DNA of 64,000 nt from Planctomycetota bacterium (GTDB taxonomy: Bacteria; Planctomycetota; UBA8108; SXIK01). The stretch is from NCBI GenBank assembly GCA_965223845.1, contig CBDCXR010000004.1, forward strand, positions 6,720,001 to 6,784,000. The letters run 5' to 3'. How positions within the stretch are numbered: position 1 is the stretch's first letter; every line of letters starts with the position of its first letter. Under the pieces are notes generated by a model. The model was not told the DNA's origin. It did not search any database and worked only from the letters and a program-made list of their open reading frames with translations. Made by a program: the position numbers and the translations under genes. Below, piece after piece: positions 21,251 through 32,232 of this stretch.

Positions 21251-21790
21251 TCAGATCCTCCTCTCGATGACCTTCATGTGTTCGACCTTCCACTCTCCGC
21301 CTTCCTCGACGAGCCGCAGCCGCAGCACCTTTCCGGGCGCGGAGTCGGGTTCCCACGGAAACGAGGTCCCGAAGACGTCTTCGACCGGGAGGTACGGCGC
21401 CTCGAGGAACACCCAGTCGCGCCCGCGGCGCACCGGACGGAGGCTGTCGAGGTCCGTGCGGCGGAGCAGCTCGTTGACCTCTACCGAGTCGTAGTCGCGG
21501 AGGCAGCGGCCGGTCATGACCGTGGCGCTGCCCTGGAACTGCTGACTTCCGATGCGGTCGACGATCGAGGCGACGGGATCGGTGCGCACTTCGTGCGTCG
21601 CCGCCATCTCCACGACGGGGGCGCCGCGAGCGATGCTCGGTTCCTCCGCCTCGGCTGAGCCGCCGGTGAGCGCGAGGAGTCCGGTGACGGCGAGTGCACC
21701 GCCCGCGCACCAGAGAACGGGATGCCTCCAGATGGTGCGGACGTCGCGATCTGGATTCGTTTGCGTTCGACTCATGGGATTCTCGTTCAC
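21251..21790 (-). CDS. hypothetical exported protein in the pilin cluster
   Basis: N-terminal hydrophobic segment; C-terminal LRLVEEGGEWKV (NTF2-like fold ending); co-oriented with the flanking pilin genes. Confidence 0.6.
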   Translation of the reverse strand: MNENPMSRTQTNPDRDVRTIWRHPVLWCAGGALAVTGLLALTGGSAEAEEPSIARGAPVVEMAATHEVRTDPVASIVDRIGSQQFQGSATVMTGRCLRDYDSVEVNELLRRTDLDSLRPVRRGRDWVFLEAPYLPVEDVFGTSFPWEPDSAPGKVLRLRLVEEGGEWKVEHMKVIERRI

Positions 21791-21862
21791 TTCTATGCAG
21801 CCCGGAGCGAAGCACCGCCGTCGCGCCCGCGCGGCGGCGGTGCCGCTCTTCTCACAAACGGA

Positions 21863-23875
21863 TTAGGTCCCGGGTGGGGTCTGCTCGCCGCTTTCGCCGC
21901 TCGTGGACCCCGTGCCTTTGTACATGCTCCAGGAGAACGTCACGATGTCCTTCGTGAGCGTCGTCTGGCTCATGAGATCGATGTCAAAGTCGTCGTCGAG
22001 CTCGTTCAGCGTGTCCACCGCGGAGACGAGGTTCCCCTCGTCGTAGGTGATGTGGAGCTTGCCGTCGAGATCGAGCTTCAGCTTTTCTTTTTTGTCCGAG
22101 GGCGGGGAACCGAGCTGGAGCATGCCGTTGATCACGACGTCGCTGTCTTTCTGGAGCTGTGCCTTCATATGGGCTCCGGCGAGCGTGAAGAGGCCGTCGA
22201 CGTTGATGCTTCCGTCCATGACGTTGAGCTCGGCTTTGTTGGAGGTCGTATCGTCGTAATCGGTCGTCATCATGAACGAACCCGTCACGTTGACGGAGCC
22301 GCCGCTGTCGACGTCGAAACGAGTGTGATCGCCGTTCCCTCCGGCGCCGAGAACGACCAGGTTGCCGTCGACGTTCATGTCGCCACCCTTCAGCCAGATG
22401 CTCGGGTGCTTCTTCTCGGTGCCCATGACGATGATGTCGCCCGTCCAGTTGATCGAGCTGCCGCTCTCGAGGCGAATCTCGTCGTCGACGATGAGTGTTC
22501 CGTGACCGGAGATGTCTCCGCCCTTGAGAATCATCTTCTGCGACAGGTAGACGGTGACGGGCTCGGTCTCCGTTCCGTAGGTGAGCGCGCCCGACTCTTC
22601 AAGAAAATCGCTGTCGTCCTCTTCGGCCGCTGCCAGCTGACCCTCGAGATCCGTGACGAGAGCTTCCAGCTCCGTGAGCTCGCCGGCGACCTCGGGGTAT
22701 TCGATGCCGAGTAGCTCGGTGAGTTCGCCTTCGTACTTGCTGATTTGTCCGGGCGGGCCGTCTTCGGCGATGAGGGCTTCGAGCGTCGACTGCAAATCGG
22801 CAGCTTCTAGGTCGAGCGCATCGAGCTCGCTCTGAGTCGCTGCGAGATCGAGCTCCGCCTGTTCGAGCTGATCGGAGAGTGAAGTGGTGGTCGTCGAATC
22901 GCCGCTGCTGCTATCGGAATTCCCGGTTTCCTTGATCTGATCGAGCACGATGTCTGCGTCGGCGATCTCCTGCGTGAACTCCGCAACGAGATTCGTGTAC
23001 ATCGTCGAGAGGTCGTCGAGGCGCGAAGACGTGTGCGCGTTGTACTCGATCGGAAGCTCGATCTCGCCGGAAGCGACCGCCATCTCGTCCGCCCAGGCCT
23101 CGTACGAAGCGATCAGGTGGCTCGGCAGGTAGTCGCGGAGGACGTCGGTCGAGGCCTCACCGGCGTAGATGCTGTTGACGAGCGCATCGCTGTCGGTCTT
23201 GCCGAGATCGGAGACGAGAAACGACTCGAGGTCGGACGGGAACGACACCTGCGCCCCCGTGCCCTGCTTCGTCGTCGGCGAGAACGTGTTCGTTCCCGTT
23301 CCCACGATGCTCGACGAGGTGATCGAGCCGGATGCGATCGCGTCGGCAAACTCGCCGCCGAGCGTATCGTAGAGATCGGTCGAGCTCGTCACGAACGCGG
23401 GCCGATCGCCGCCGTCGATGAGAAGATCGGAGTTCTTCTTGAACTTGAAGTTCGTCATGTCGAGCTCACCGGCGACCGAGACCGCGGCCGTCGGAAACGC
23501 CGTGGTCGTGATCTGTCCGACGATCGTCTCCACGGTCGTCGTTTCGTCGTCGCTGGTGCCGGTCGACACGAGACGCCAGGCGTCGCCGCCGAGCGCCTCC
23601 GCCTGAACGGAGAACGTGCCCGCCTCCGTCACCTGCGTCGCGAACCCGATTCCGTCGCCGCCCGTGTCGATCTGCTCGGCGATCTCGAACTTCGCCTCCT
23701 CGAGTCCCGCTTCCGCGAGATAGAAGGCGGTCGTGTCCGCCTGTTTTTGCGTGACGTCTCGAGATCGTGTCGTCAAGACCGTGACGACCGAGGCCGTGGC
23801 CCCGACCATCGCGACGACGACGATGACGACCGTCAGCAGAGCAACACCGTGTTCTCTGCTTCCTCGTTGTTGCAT
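21863..23875 (-). CDS. PilX/GspK-like large minor pilin with acidic coiled-coil insert and beta-helix-like C-terminus
   Basis: EHG|VALLTV signal lacking Glu5, AFYLAEAGLE PilX_N motif, C-terminal GxLxVxG-type repeats. Confidence 0.75.
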   Translation of the reverse strand: MQQRGSREHGVALLTVVIVVVAMVGATASVVTVLTTRSRDVTQKQADTTAFYLAEAGLEEAKFEIAEQIDTGGDGIGFATQVTEAGTFSVQAEALGGDAWRLVSTGTSDDETTTVETIVGQITTTAFPTAAVSVAGELDMTNFKFKKNSDLLIDGGDRPAFVTSSTDLYDTLGGEFADAIASGSITSSSIVGTGTNTFSPTTKQGTGAQVSFPSDLESFLVSDLGKTDSDALVNSIYAGEASTDVLRDYLPSHLIASYEAWADEMAVASGEIELPIEYNAHTSSRLDDLSTMYTNLVAEFTQEIADADIVLDQIKETGNSDSSSGDSTTTTSLSDQLEQAELDLAATQSELDALDLEAADLQSTLEALIAEDGPPGQISKYEGELTELLGIEYPEVAGELTELEALVTDLEGQLAAAEEDDSDFLEESGALTYGTETEPVTVYLSQKMILKGGDISGHGTLIVDDEIRLESGSSINWTGDIIVMGTEKKHPSIWLKGGDMNVDGNLVVLGAGGNGDHTRFDVDSGGSVNVTGSFMMTTDYDDTTSNKAELNVMDGSINVDGLFTLAGAHMKAQLQKDSDVVINGMLQLGSPPSDKKEKLKLDLDGKLHITYDEGNLVSAVDTLNELDDDFDIDLMSQTTLTKDIVTFSWSMYKGTGSTSGESGEQTPPGT

Positions 23876-23945
23876 AGATCCCTCCAAACTACTGCTTCTC
23901 AATGCTCTCGATGTTTCGTGAATTCAGTGCGAGAGGCGGGTCGCA

Positions 23946-24353
23946 TCAGCCCTTCGCGTTATAGATCTGCGTGTCGAGCGTATATGTGAGCGGTGTGCCC
24001 GCGACGGACCAGGTCGCGGTGATCGAAACCTGCAAGAGCTTCGGTTCGATCGCGGTGACAGCGACGCTCAGAACTTCCGTCGGACCGGCCGTCCCGGTGA
24101 CATCCTCGACGTTGTACGTCTGGCCGTCGTAGGTCGACAGGATCGTTTCCGTGTCGACCGTACGGATCTCCTCGATGAGATTCTGCGCGGCTTGCAGAAC
24201 TCGCTGGCGCGACTCATCGACTTCGGTCTGCCGACTCGACGAGACGACGAGCGTGCCCATGCCGACGAGCGCGACGGCGAGGATCGTCATCGCGATGTGG
24301 ATTTCGATGAGGCTGAAGCCTTCGTTTCGAAAACTTGTCTTCATTCGGTGCAT
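23946..24353 (-). CDS. prepilin-type N-methylation domain protein (PilV/GspI-like minor pilin)
   Basis: NEG|FSLIEIHIAMTIL; AQNLIEEIR; VSITATW; GGAGAG RBS before ATG 24353. Confidence 0.85.
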   Translation of the reverse strand: MHRMKTSFRNEGFSLIEIHIAMTILAVALVGMGTLVVSSSRQTEVDESRQRVLQAAQNLIEEIRTVDTETILSTYDGQTYNVEDVTGTAGPTEVLSVAVTAIEPKLLQVSITATWSVAGTPLTYTLDTQIYNAKG

Positions 24354-24697
24354 TTCGTCTCTCCCGCACTCGATCGATGACGCGTGCAATCGCACGAGAT
24401 GGCCGAGAAGAGTACGATGTGAATTATCGGGTGACAAAGTTTTCGGAAAGTTTGCGCGCGGCGTGTGCATCGAGAGCTCCGGCGCGGCGGTTGCACGCGC
24501 AAGCGCGCGGCCGAATCTTCGCGGGTTCTCGTCGGCCGCCGCACTCGTTCCCGTTCCCGACAGATTTCTTCTTCTTCTGCTGCTGCTGCCGATCCTCACT
24601 CCGCGCCGTCAGGAGGTTCTCCCTTTCACCGACGTCGCTCGCATCGCCAGAACGGGAGCGCGAGCGAGAGCGGGAACGCGAACCAACGTTCGCCCCG

Positions 24698-25573
24698 CTA
24701 CGCCCGCAGCGACGCGATGAACTGCTCCGTCGTCGGCGTCAGCTTCTTTCGGCGTTTGCGGATGATCCCGACCGGTCGCCGGAACTCGCAGTCCGAGATC
24801 GAGACCTCGAAGAGCATCCCGCGCTGGACTTCCCGCTCGACGCTCGGGCGCGGGAGGATGCTGATCGCCGATGAAATCTCGAGTGCTTGCTTGATCGTCT
24901 CGATGTTGTCGAACTCGCTGACGACATCCATCGCTACGTGGCGGCCCTTCAGCGTGCGATCGATCTCGTGACGGATGCGGAGCTCGCGATCGAAGCCGAC
25001 CATGCGCTCGCCGTCGAGGTTTCGCACGGACACGTTCTCTCGTCCCGCGAACGGGTGGCCGGGCGGGCAGACGACGACCATCGTCTCCTCGAGCCACGGG
25101 AGGAGCTCGAGGTGCCGGTGCGACTTCGGGTAGGAGACGACACCGAAATCGGTCTCGTCATCGAGCACCGCTGAGTACACCCGGCCGGGAAGCAAGTACT
25201 CGAGTCGGATGGTGGCCCCCGCGTTCTCCGTCATGAACGCCTGGATGTATCGACTGAGCGTGTGGAGACCGACCGAGTAGATTGAGGCGACCCGCACCGT
25301 CCCGACGAGTGCCTTGTGCTGGCGGCGAATCTCGTCGAGAAGGGTGCGGTGCTCGTAGAGGAGGCGCTGGCAGCCATCGAAGTACTGGGCGCCCTCCGGC
25401 GTCGGACGGAGCGGCCGACGCGTGCGGTCGATGAGCTGGAATCCGAGCTCGCTTTCGAGGTGGGCGACGAGCTGGCTCGCCGCGGGCTGCGAAATCCCGA
25501 CGGCGGCAGCGCCCTGAGAGAAGCTCTGTCGCCGGAGGACCGCGCAGAAGACCTCGAGTGCCTGGAAGTTCAC
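24698..25573 (-). CDS. LysR family transcriptional regulator
   Basis: N-terminal HTH SFSQGAAAVGISQPAASQLVAHLESELG...PTPEG; LysR substrate-binding domain; divergent from gltB. Confidence 0.95.
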   Translation of the reverse strand: MNFQALEVFCAVLRRQSFSQGAAAVGISQPAASQLVAHLESELGFQLIDRTRRPLRPTPEGAQYFDGCQRLLYEHRTLLDEIRRQHKALVGTVRVASIYSVGLHTLSRYIQAFMTENAGATIRLEYLLPGRVYSAVLDDETDFGVVSYPKSHRHLELLPWLEETMVVVCPPGHPFAGRENVSVRNLDGERMVGFDRELRIRHEIDRTLKGRHVAMDVVSEFDNIETIKQALEISSAISILPRPSVEREVQRGMLFEVSISDCEFRRPVGIIRKRRKKLTPTTEQFIASLRA

Positions 25574-25611
25574 TGGTCACTGCCTCGCGGGGCGGCGCGG
25601 GAGGAAATAGA

Positions 25612-25685
25612 ATAAGAAGAGCTTATATGATATTCTCCTGCGATTCAATCGGCTGATTGACGAGATCGCGCCTCTGTGGCATTCT
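25612..25685 (+). promoter_or_regulatory. LysR box plus gltBD promoter
   Basis: ATAAG-N5-CTTAT (25612-25626, T-N11-A) and TTGACG-N17-CATTCT (25657-25685) with an extended -10 TG. Confidence 0.6.
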
Positions 25686-25999
25686 CGGGGCTTGCTCGAA
25701 ACCCGGCCCTCGTGGGGGAGCCGGGATGACCTCCCCGCCTCGAGCGCCCGTAGATCAAACGAACTTCGGTTCCTGACTCCGCGGATTCGTGCCGCGCTGC
25801 GCGCGTGTCGGCTCAGGTTGGCCGTCGCGCTGTGAGGGTCTCGCGGGGGGCGTCATGCGATCGCGATCGTTCCCAAGCGACGACGTACCGCGGCCCCGTG
25901 GTTCGGTCACGCTGCGTAGAGCCGATGAGCTCCGCGGCCGAACCCCTACCGTGCGGATCCCCCTCACGGCGTGGTGCTGGCGGGAGACTGGAGTCCGTC

Positions 26000-28900
26000 A
26001 TGAAACGCGAGAAACAATCCCGTCGCCCGGCCGGAGTTCCTCCGGCGCGCGGCCTCTATGACCCCGCCCACGAGCACGATAGTTGCGGCGTCGGGTTCGT
26101 CGCCCACATCAAAGGGGACCGGAGTCACCAGATCGTCCGCGACGCGAACGAGGTCCTCCTCAACATGACGCATCGCGGTGCGTGTGGCTGCGAGCCGAAC
26201 ACGGGGGACGGCGCCGGATTCCTTACGGCGCTACCGCACGAGTTCCTCGCGAAGGTCGCCGAGCGCGATCTCGGAATCACGCTCCCGCCGGCGGGAAGCT
26301 TCTCTGCCGGTCTCGTGTTCCTGCCGCAGGACGACGCAGAGCGCGAGCGTTGCCGGCGCGAAGTCGCGGCGATCATCGCGGATCAGGGCCAGCGACTTCT
26401 CGGGTGGCGCTCCGTGCCGACCGACGCCGACGGCGCCGACATCGGGAACGCGGCGCGCGCGACCGAGCCCGTGATCGAGATGCTCTTCGTCGGTGCCGCT
26501 GACGGACTCGAGGGCGACGCGTTCGAGCGGCAGCTCTACCTCATTCGGAAGCGCGCGACGAGGCTGCTCCGCGAATCGGATCTCGTCGAAGCGAAGATGT
26601 TCTACGTCTGCAGCCTCTCGACGAAGGTGATCGTCTACAAGGGGCAGCTCACACCGGAGCAGGTGATCCCGTATTTTCCTGATCTCGCCGATCCGGACTA
26701 CCGCACGCACCTTGCGATGGTGCACTCGCGCTTCTCGACGAACACGTTCCCGTCGTGGGACCGCGCGCAGCCGAACCGCTTCATGAGTCACAACGGCGAG
26801 ATCAACACGCTTCGGGGGAACAGCAACTGGATGCGCGCGCGCCAGGGACTAGCTCGTTCGGAGCTCTTTGCGGACGAGCTCGAGAAGGCGTTCCCGGTTG
26901 TCGAGCCGGATTGCTCCGACTCCGGCACCTTCGACAATGTGCTCGAGTTCCTCCTCATGACGGGCCGTACGCTCCAGGAAGCCGTCATGATGATGATTCC
27001 CGAGGCGTGGCAGAACCACCGCAGCATGCCGGCGGACAAGAAAGCGTTCTACGAGTACCACTCGTGCCTCATGGAGCCGTGGGACGGTCCCGCTTCGATC
27101 GCGTTTACGGACGGCCACTACATCGGCGCGGTTCTCGACCGAAACGGCCTCCGACCGAGTCGCTTTTACGTGACGAAGGACGATCGTGTGATCATGGCTT
27201 CCGAGGTCGGCGTCCTCAAGGTCGACCCCGCGAACGTCGCGTACAAGGGACGCCTCCAGCCGGGGAAGATGTTCCTCGTCGACTTCGAGGAGGGGCGAAT
27301 CATCGCGGACGACGAGCTGAAGGGCGAGTTCTCCGCGCGGCGGCCGTACCGCGAGTGGCTCGACTCCGAGCGCCTCGAGTTTTCCGAGCTTCCGCCGGCG
27401 GAGCCCGAGCGCGTCGAGCGTAGCGGCCTCCTTCCGCGCATGAAGGCATTCGGCTACACCGTCGAGACGATGCAGTTCATGCTCATTCCGCTGATCACGC
27501 AAAAGCGCGATCCAGTGGGGTCGATGGGGAACGACTCGTCGCTCGCGTGCCTCTCCGACAAGCCGCGGATGCTCTACGATTACTTCAAGCAGCTCTTTGC
27601 GCAGGTGACGAATCCGGCGATCGACTCGATCCGCGAAGAGATCATCATGTCGCTCGCGACGTACATCGGGCCGGAGGGGAACCTTCTCGAGACCACGGCG
27701 GCACACGCCCATCGACTCGCGCTCGAGCACCCGATTCTTGCGAACGACGAGCTCGCGACGCTGAAGGCTCTCGACCACCGCGGCTGGCGGAGCCGGACGA
27801 TCGACATCACCTTCCCGCGGGCGGACGGTGAAGCGGGGATGATCGACGCACTCGATCGAATCTGCGCCGAGGCGGAGAGCGCGATCGAGGCCGGAGATTC
27901 GCTCGTGATTCTCTCCGACCGGGCGGTCGCCCCCGACCGCGCGCCGCTCAGCTCTCTCCTCGCCTGCGGCGCCGTGCACCACCATCTCGTGCGGAAGTCG
28001 ATGCGAACCCGCATCGGCATCGTCCTCGAGAGCGGCGAGGCGCGCGAGGTTCACCATCACTGCCTCCTGATCGGCTACGGCGCCGATGCGATCAATCCCT
28101 ACCTCGCGTTTGAAGCGCTCTGGCGCGCGCGAGAGGACGGCGTGCTCGCCGCCGAGTTCGAGAGTGACGCGGATGTCGTCGCCGCGTACCGAAAGGGCGT
28201 CGCAAAGGGGATGCTCAAGGTGATGGCGAAGATGGGGATCTCGACCCTCCAGAGCTATAAGGGCGCGCAGATCTTCGAAGCGGTCGGCCTCACCGACGCC
28301 GTCATCGCGCAGTGCTTCGCCGGGACCGCGAGTCGCCTCCAGGGCTGCGGTTTCGACGTGCTCGCTGCGGAGGCGCTTCGGCGACATGCGATCGGTTACG
28401 TCGAGCGCGATGGTCAGCCGGGGGCGGTGCTTCCGAACCTCGGCGAGTTCCACTGGCGTTCGGACGGCGAACGCCACATGTGGAGTCCCGACACGATCGC
28501 GAATCTGCAGGTCGCCGCGCGCACACAGGGAAAGGACGCCTACGCGGACTTCGCGCGCCTCGCCGACGAGGATGCGCGCAGCCGCTGCACCTTGCGCGGT
28601 CTTCTTCGGCTGAAGTCGGGCGCGAACGGCGGTTCGATCTCGATCGACGAGGTCGAGCCGGCCGCCGAGATCGTGAAGCGGTTCTGCACGGGGGCGATGA
28701 GCTTCGGGTCGATCTCGGCCGAGGCGCACGAAACGCTCGCCATCGCGATGAATCGTCTGGGAGGCAAGTCGAACACGGGCGAAGGCGGAGAGGACCCGGT
28801 GCGGTTCACGCCGCTCGAGAACGGAGATTCGAAGCGCTCGGCGATCAAGCAGGTCGCTTCCGGGCGGTTCGGCGTCACGACGTGGTATCTCACGAACGCC

Positions 28901-30586
28901 GACGAGCTTCAGATCAAGATCGCTCAAGGGGCGAAGCCGGGCGAGGGAGGCGAGCTCCCCGGCCACAAGGTCGACGAGACCATCGCGCGCATCCGCCACT
29001 CGACGCCGGGTGTCGGGCTCATCAGTCCGCCGCCGCATCACGATATCTATTCGATCGAGGACCTCGCGCAGCTCATCCACGATCTGAAGAACGCGAATCC
29101 ATCCGCGCGAGTGAGCGTGAAGCTCGTCTCCGAGGTCGGCGTCGGCACGATCGCGGCGGGCGTCGCGAAGGCGCACTCCGATCACATTCTGATCTCGGGT
29201 CACGACGGCGGCACGGGCGCGTCGCCGCTCACGAGCATCAAGCACGCCGGCCTGCCGTGGGAGCTCGGCATCGCCGAGACGCACCAGACGCTCGTTCTCA
29301 ATGATCTTCGCTCGCGCGTCGTCCTCCAGACCGACGGTCAGCTCAAGACCGGGCGCGACGTCGTTATCGCCGCGCTCCTCGGAGCGGAGGAGTACGGGTT
29401 CTCGACGGCACCTCTCATCACGCTCGGCTGCATCATGATGCGGAAGTGCCATCTGAACACCTGCCCGGTGGGGATCGCGACCCAGGATCCGGATCTCCGC
29501 GCGAAGTTCAGCGGCGCTCCCGAGCACGTCGTCAACTACCTCTTCCTCGTTGCCGAGGAGGCACGCGGGTACATGGCGGAGCTCGGGTTCCGTACGGTCG
29601 ACGAGATGATCGGGCGCTCCGACGCGCTCGAGGTGAACGCGGCGATTCGGCACTGGAAGTCGGACGGACTCGATCTGTCTCCGATCCTGATGCCGGCGGA
29701 GAAGCCGCGCGCGGACGTCGAGGTCTACTGCACGATCGAGCAAGATCACGGTCTCGACAAGGCGCTCGACAATCGCCTCATCGAGCTCGCTGCGCCGGCG
29801 ATCGACGGGGCCGAGCCCGTCGAGATCGACCTCCCGATCATCAACACGAATCGAACCGTCGGTACGACGCTCAGCCACACGATCGCCAAGAAGTGGGGCG
29901 CGGAGTGCTTGCCGGACGACACGATTCGCATCAAGTTCACGGGCTCCGCCGGGCAGAGCCTCGCGTCGTGGCTCTGTCGCGGCGTGTCGATCGAGCTCGA
30001 AGGCGACGCCAACGACTACGTCGGAAAGGGACTGTCGGGCGGAAGGCTCACGGTCTACCCGCCGCGCGAGTCGACGTTCGCGGCCGAGGAGAACATCCTC
30101 GTCGGGAACGTTTGCCTCTACGGCGCGACGAGCGGCGAGGCGTTCTTCCGCGGGCGGGCGGCGGAGCGGTTCTGCGTGCGGAATTCGGGCGCGCACGCCG
30201 TCATCGAAGGGATCGGTGACCACGGCTGCGAGTACATGACGGGGGGGCGCGTCGTCGTCCTCGGACCGACGGGCCGGAACTTCGCGGCGGGGATGAGCGG
30301 CGGGATCGCCTACATCTGGGATCCGGACCAGAGCTTCGCTGAACGCTGCAACGTCGAGATGGTCGAGCTTGAGCGGGTCGTCACCGAGGAAGACGAGATC
30401 GAGCTGCGGACGCTGATCGAGAAGCACCGCGATGCGACGCAGTCGCCAGTCGCGGCGGATGTGCTCGCGCGCTGGGAGGCGACGCTCGGAGAATTCGTCA
30501 AGGTGATGCCGATCGACTACAAGCGCGTTCTCGAGGCGGCGAAGAAACGAACGAGCGGCGAGGCCGACGAGCTGCAAGTGGCCTGA
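26000..30586 (+). CDS. gltB: glutamate synthase large subunit
   Basis: EHDSCGVGF (Cys1), [49 protein letters not shown] domain. Confidence 0.98.
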   Translation: MKREKQSRRPAGVPPARGLYDPAHEHDSCGVGFVAHIKGDRSHQIVRDANEVLLNMTHRGACGCEPNTGDGAGFLTALPHEFLAKVAERDLGITLPPAGSFSAGLVFLPQDDAERERCRREVAAIIADQGQRLLGWRSVPTDADGADIGNAARATEPVIEMLFVGAADGLEGDAFERQLYLIRKRATRLLRESDLVEAKMFYVCSLSTKVIVYKGQLTPEQVIPYFPDLADPDYRTHLAMVHSRFSTNTFPSWDRAQPNRFMSHNGEINTLRGNSNWMRARQGLARSELFADELEKAFPVVEPDCSDSGTFDNVLEFLLMTGRTLQEAVMMMIPEAWQNHRSMPADKKAFYEYHSCLMEPWDGPASIAFTDGHYIGAVLDRNGLRPSRFYVTKDDRVIMASEVGVLKVDPANVAYKGRLQPGKMFLVDFEEGRIIADDELKGEFSARRPYREWLDSERLEFSELPPAEPERVERSGLLPRMKAFGYTVETMQFMLIPLITQKRDPVGSMGNDSSLACLSDKPRMLYDYFKQLFAQVTNPAIDSIREEIIMSLATYIGPEGNLLETTAAHAHRLALEHPILANDELATLKALDHRGWRSRTIDITFPRADGEAGMIDALDRICAEAESAIEAGDSLVILSDRAVAPDRAPLSSLLACGAVHHHLVRKSMRTRIGIVLESGEAREVHHHCLLIGYGADAINPYLAFEALWRAREDGVLAAEFESDADVVAAYRKGVAKGMLKVMAKMGISTLQSYKGAQIFEAVGLTDAVIAQCFAGTASRLQGCGFDVLAAEALRRHAIGYVERDGQPGAVLPNLGEFHWRSDGERHMWSPDTIANLQVAARTQGKDAYADFARLADEDARSRCTLRGLLRLKSGANGGSISIDEVEPAAEIVKRFCTGAMSFGSISAEAHETLAIAMNRLGGKSNTGEGGEDPVRFTPLENGDSKRSAIKQVASGRFGVTTWYLTNADELQIKIAQGAKPGEGGELPGHKVDETIARIRHSTPGVGLISPPPHHDIYSIEDLAQLIHDLKNANPSARVSVKLVSEVGVGTIAAGVAKAHSDHILISGHDGGTGASPLTSIKHAGLPWELGIAETHQTLVLNDLRSRVVLQTDGQLKTGRDVVIAALLGAEEYGFSTAPLITLGCIMMRKCHLNTCPVGIATQDPDLRAKFSGAPEHVVNYLFLVAEEARGYMAELGFRTVDEMIGRSDALEVNAAIRHWKSDGLDLSPILMPAEKPRADVEVYCTIEQDHGLDKALDNRLIELAAPAIDGAEPVEIDLPIINTNRTVGTTLSHTIAKKWGAECLPDDTIRIKFTGSAGQSLASWLCRGVSIELEGDANDYVGKGLSGGRLTVYPPRESTFAAEENILVGNVCLYGATSGEAFFRGRAAERFCVRNSGAHAVIEGIGDHGCEYMTGGRVVVLGPTGRNFAAGMSGGIAYIWDPDQSFAERCNVEMVELERVVTEEDEIELRTLIEKHRDATQSPVAADVLARWEATLGEFVKVMPIDYKRVLEAAKKRTSGEADELQVA

Positions 30587-30709
30587 TGACACGAGAGCCG
30601 AGCCAAGGCGAAAGACTCGAACGTCGCGACCGAATCGCGGACGGTACGCTCTCGCGGAGATCCGCGAGCGCTGAACGATCGCGAGGGAGCGGCGAGGAGC
30701 AAGCACGAC

Positions 30710-32173
30710 ATGGGTAAGCCGACGGGCTTCAAGGAATACCAGCGCGCGACGGTGCCGTACGCCGATCCGAAGACGCGCATCGCGAACTACGACGAGTTTC
30801 TGGTCGAGGTGCCCGAAGAGCACCTGCGGACTCAAGGCGCGCGCTGCATGGACTGCGGCGTCCCGTTCTGCCAGTCCGGCACGGGCTGTCCCGTCGACAA
30901 TCTCATCCCCGAGTGGAACGACCTCGTCTACCACGGCCAGTGGCGCGAAGCGCTCGATCGGCTTCACAAGACGAACAACTTTCCGGAATTCACCGGACGA
31001 GTGTGCCCGGCGCCCTGCGAAGGCGCCTGCGTGCTCGGAATCCACGAGCCGCCCGTCACGATCAAAAACATCGAGAACGCGATCATCGATCGCGGCTTCG
31101 CCGAAGGCTGGGTGAAGGCCGAGCCGCCGGCGATCCGAACCGGGAAGAGCGTCGCCATCATCGGTTCGGGGCCGGCGGGGCTCGCCGCCGCCGCGCAGCT
31201 CAACAAGGCGGGTCACACGGTCACCGTCTACGAGCGCGACGATCGCATCGGCGGTCTCCTCATGTACGGGATCCCGAACATGAAGCTCGAGAAGTGGATC
31301 GTCGAGCGGCGGATCGATCTCCTCCGCGAAGAGGGCGTCCGCTTCGTGACCAACGCTCACGTCGGTGTGAACGTCGACGTTGCGGAGCTTCGCCGGGGGA
31401 GCGACGCTCTTCTCCTTGCCTGCGGAGCGACGAAGCCGCGGGATCTCCCGATTCCGGGACGCGACCTCGACGGGATTCACTTCGCGATGGAGTTTCTTCG
31501 CAAGAACACGAAGAGCCTTCTCGACTCGAAGCTCGCCGACGGGGAGTACATCTCGGCGAAGGATCGAGACGTGATCGTGATCGGCGGTGGCGACACGGGG
31601 ACGGACTGCATCGGGACATCGATTCGGCACGGGTGTAAGAGCCTCGTCAACTTCGAGCTCCTCGATCGTCCGCCCGAGTCGCGCGCACCCGACAACCCCT
31701 GGCCGCAGTGGCCGCGGATCTTCCGCGCCGACTACGGGCATGAAGAGTCGGAGGCGAAGTTCGGCCGCGATCCGCGCGAGTTCGCAATTCTCTCGACGGA
31801 GTTCGTCGGCGACGAGAAGGGGCGCGTAGCGGGAATCCGCACGGTTCGTGTCGGGTGGTCGAAGGACGAGAACGGGCGGCCGAAGTTCGAGAAGCAGGCG
31901 GGAACGGAGGAGGAGTTCAAAGCCGATCTCGTCCTCCTCGCGATGGGGTTTCTCGGTCCGGAAGAGACGCTCGTTCCGAAGCTCGAACTCGAAACCGATC
32001 CGCGGTCGAATTTCGCCGCGGAGCACGGCGCGTACGCCACGAGCGTCGAGGGCGTGTTCGCCGCCGGAGACTGCCGACGCGGGCAGTCGCTCATCGTTTG
32101 GGCGATCCATGAGGGTCGCGGCGCGGCGCGTGAGATCGATCGTTTCTTGATGGGCGAGACGGCGCTGCCCTGA
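30710..32173 (+). CDS. gltD: glutamate synthase small subunit
   Basis: [40 protein letters not shown]. Confidence 0.98.
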   Translation: MGKPTGFKEYQRATVPYADPKTRIANYDEFLVEVPEEHLRTQGARCMDCGVPFCQSGTGCPVDNLIPEWNDLVYHGQWREALDRLHKTNNFPEFTGRVCPAPCEGACVLGIHEPPVTIKNIENAIIDRGFAEGWVKAEPPAIRTGKSVAIIGSGPAGLAAAAQLNKAGHTVTVYERDDRIGGLLMYGIPNMKLEKWIVERRIDLLREEGVRFVTNAHVGVNVDVAELRRGSDALLLACGATKPRDLPIPGRDLDGIHFAMEFLRKNTKSLLDSKLADGEYISAKDRDVIVIGGGDTGTDCIGTSIRHGCKSLVNFELLDRPPESRAPDNPWPQWPRIFRADYGHEESEAKFGRDPREFAILSTEFVGDEKGRVAGIRTVRVGWSKDENGRPKFEKQAGTEEEFKADLVLLAMGFLGPEETLVPKLELETDPRSNFAAEHGAYATSVEGVFAAGDCRRGQSLIVWAIHEGRGAAREIDRFLMGETALP

Positions 32174-32232
32174 TTCGCCCGCCGTAGCGGACGGCGTGCC
32201 CCGCACGTCCCGGCGCGATGAGGATCGACCGG

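Noticed and set aside
19215-21494. 759-aa plus-strand ORF and many similar long Arg-rich ORFs (e.g. 6896-8359, 39983-41704, 46954-48741, 49499-51199)
   Set aside because: They overlap well-supported genes on the opposite strand or in another frame; shadow ORFs.
24380-24410. Possible sigma54 promoter for the pilin cassette
   Set aside because: GG-to-GC spacing is 9, not the required 10.
26849-32206. 1785-aa minus-strand ORF
   Set aside because: Antisense shadow of gltB/gltD caused by high-GC codon bias; no recognisable motifs.
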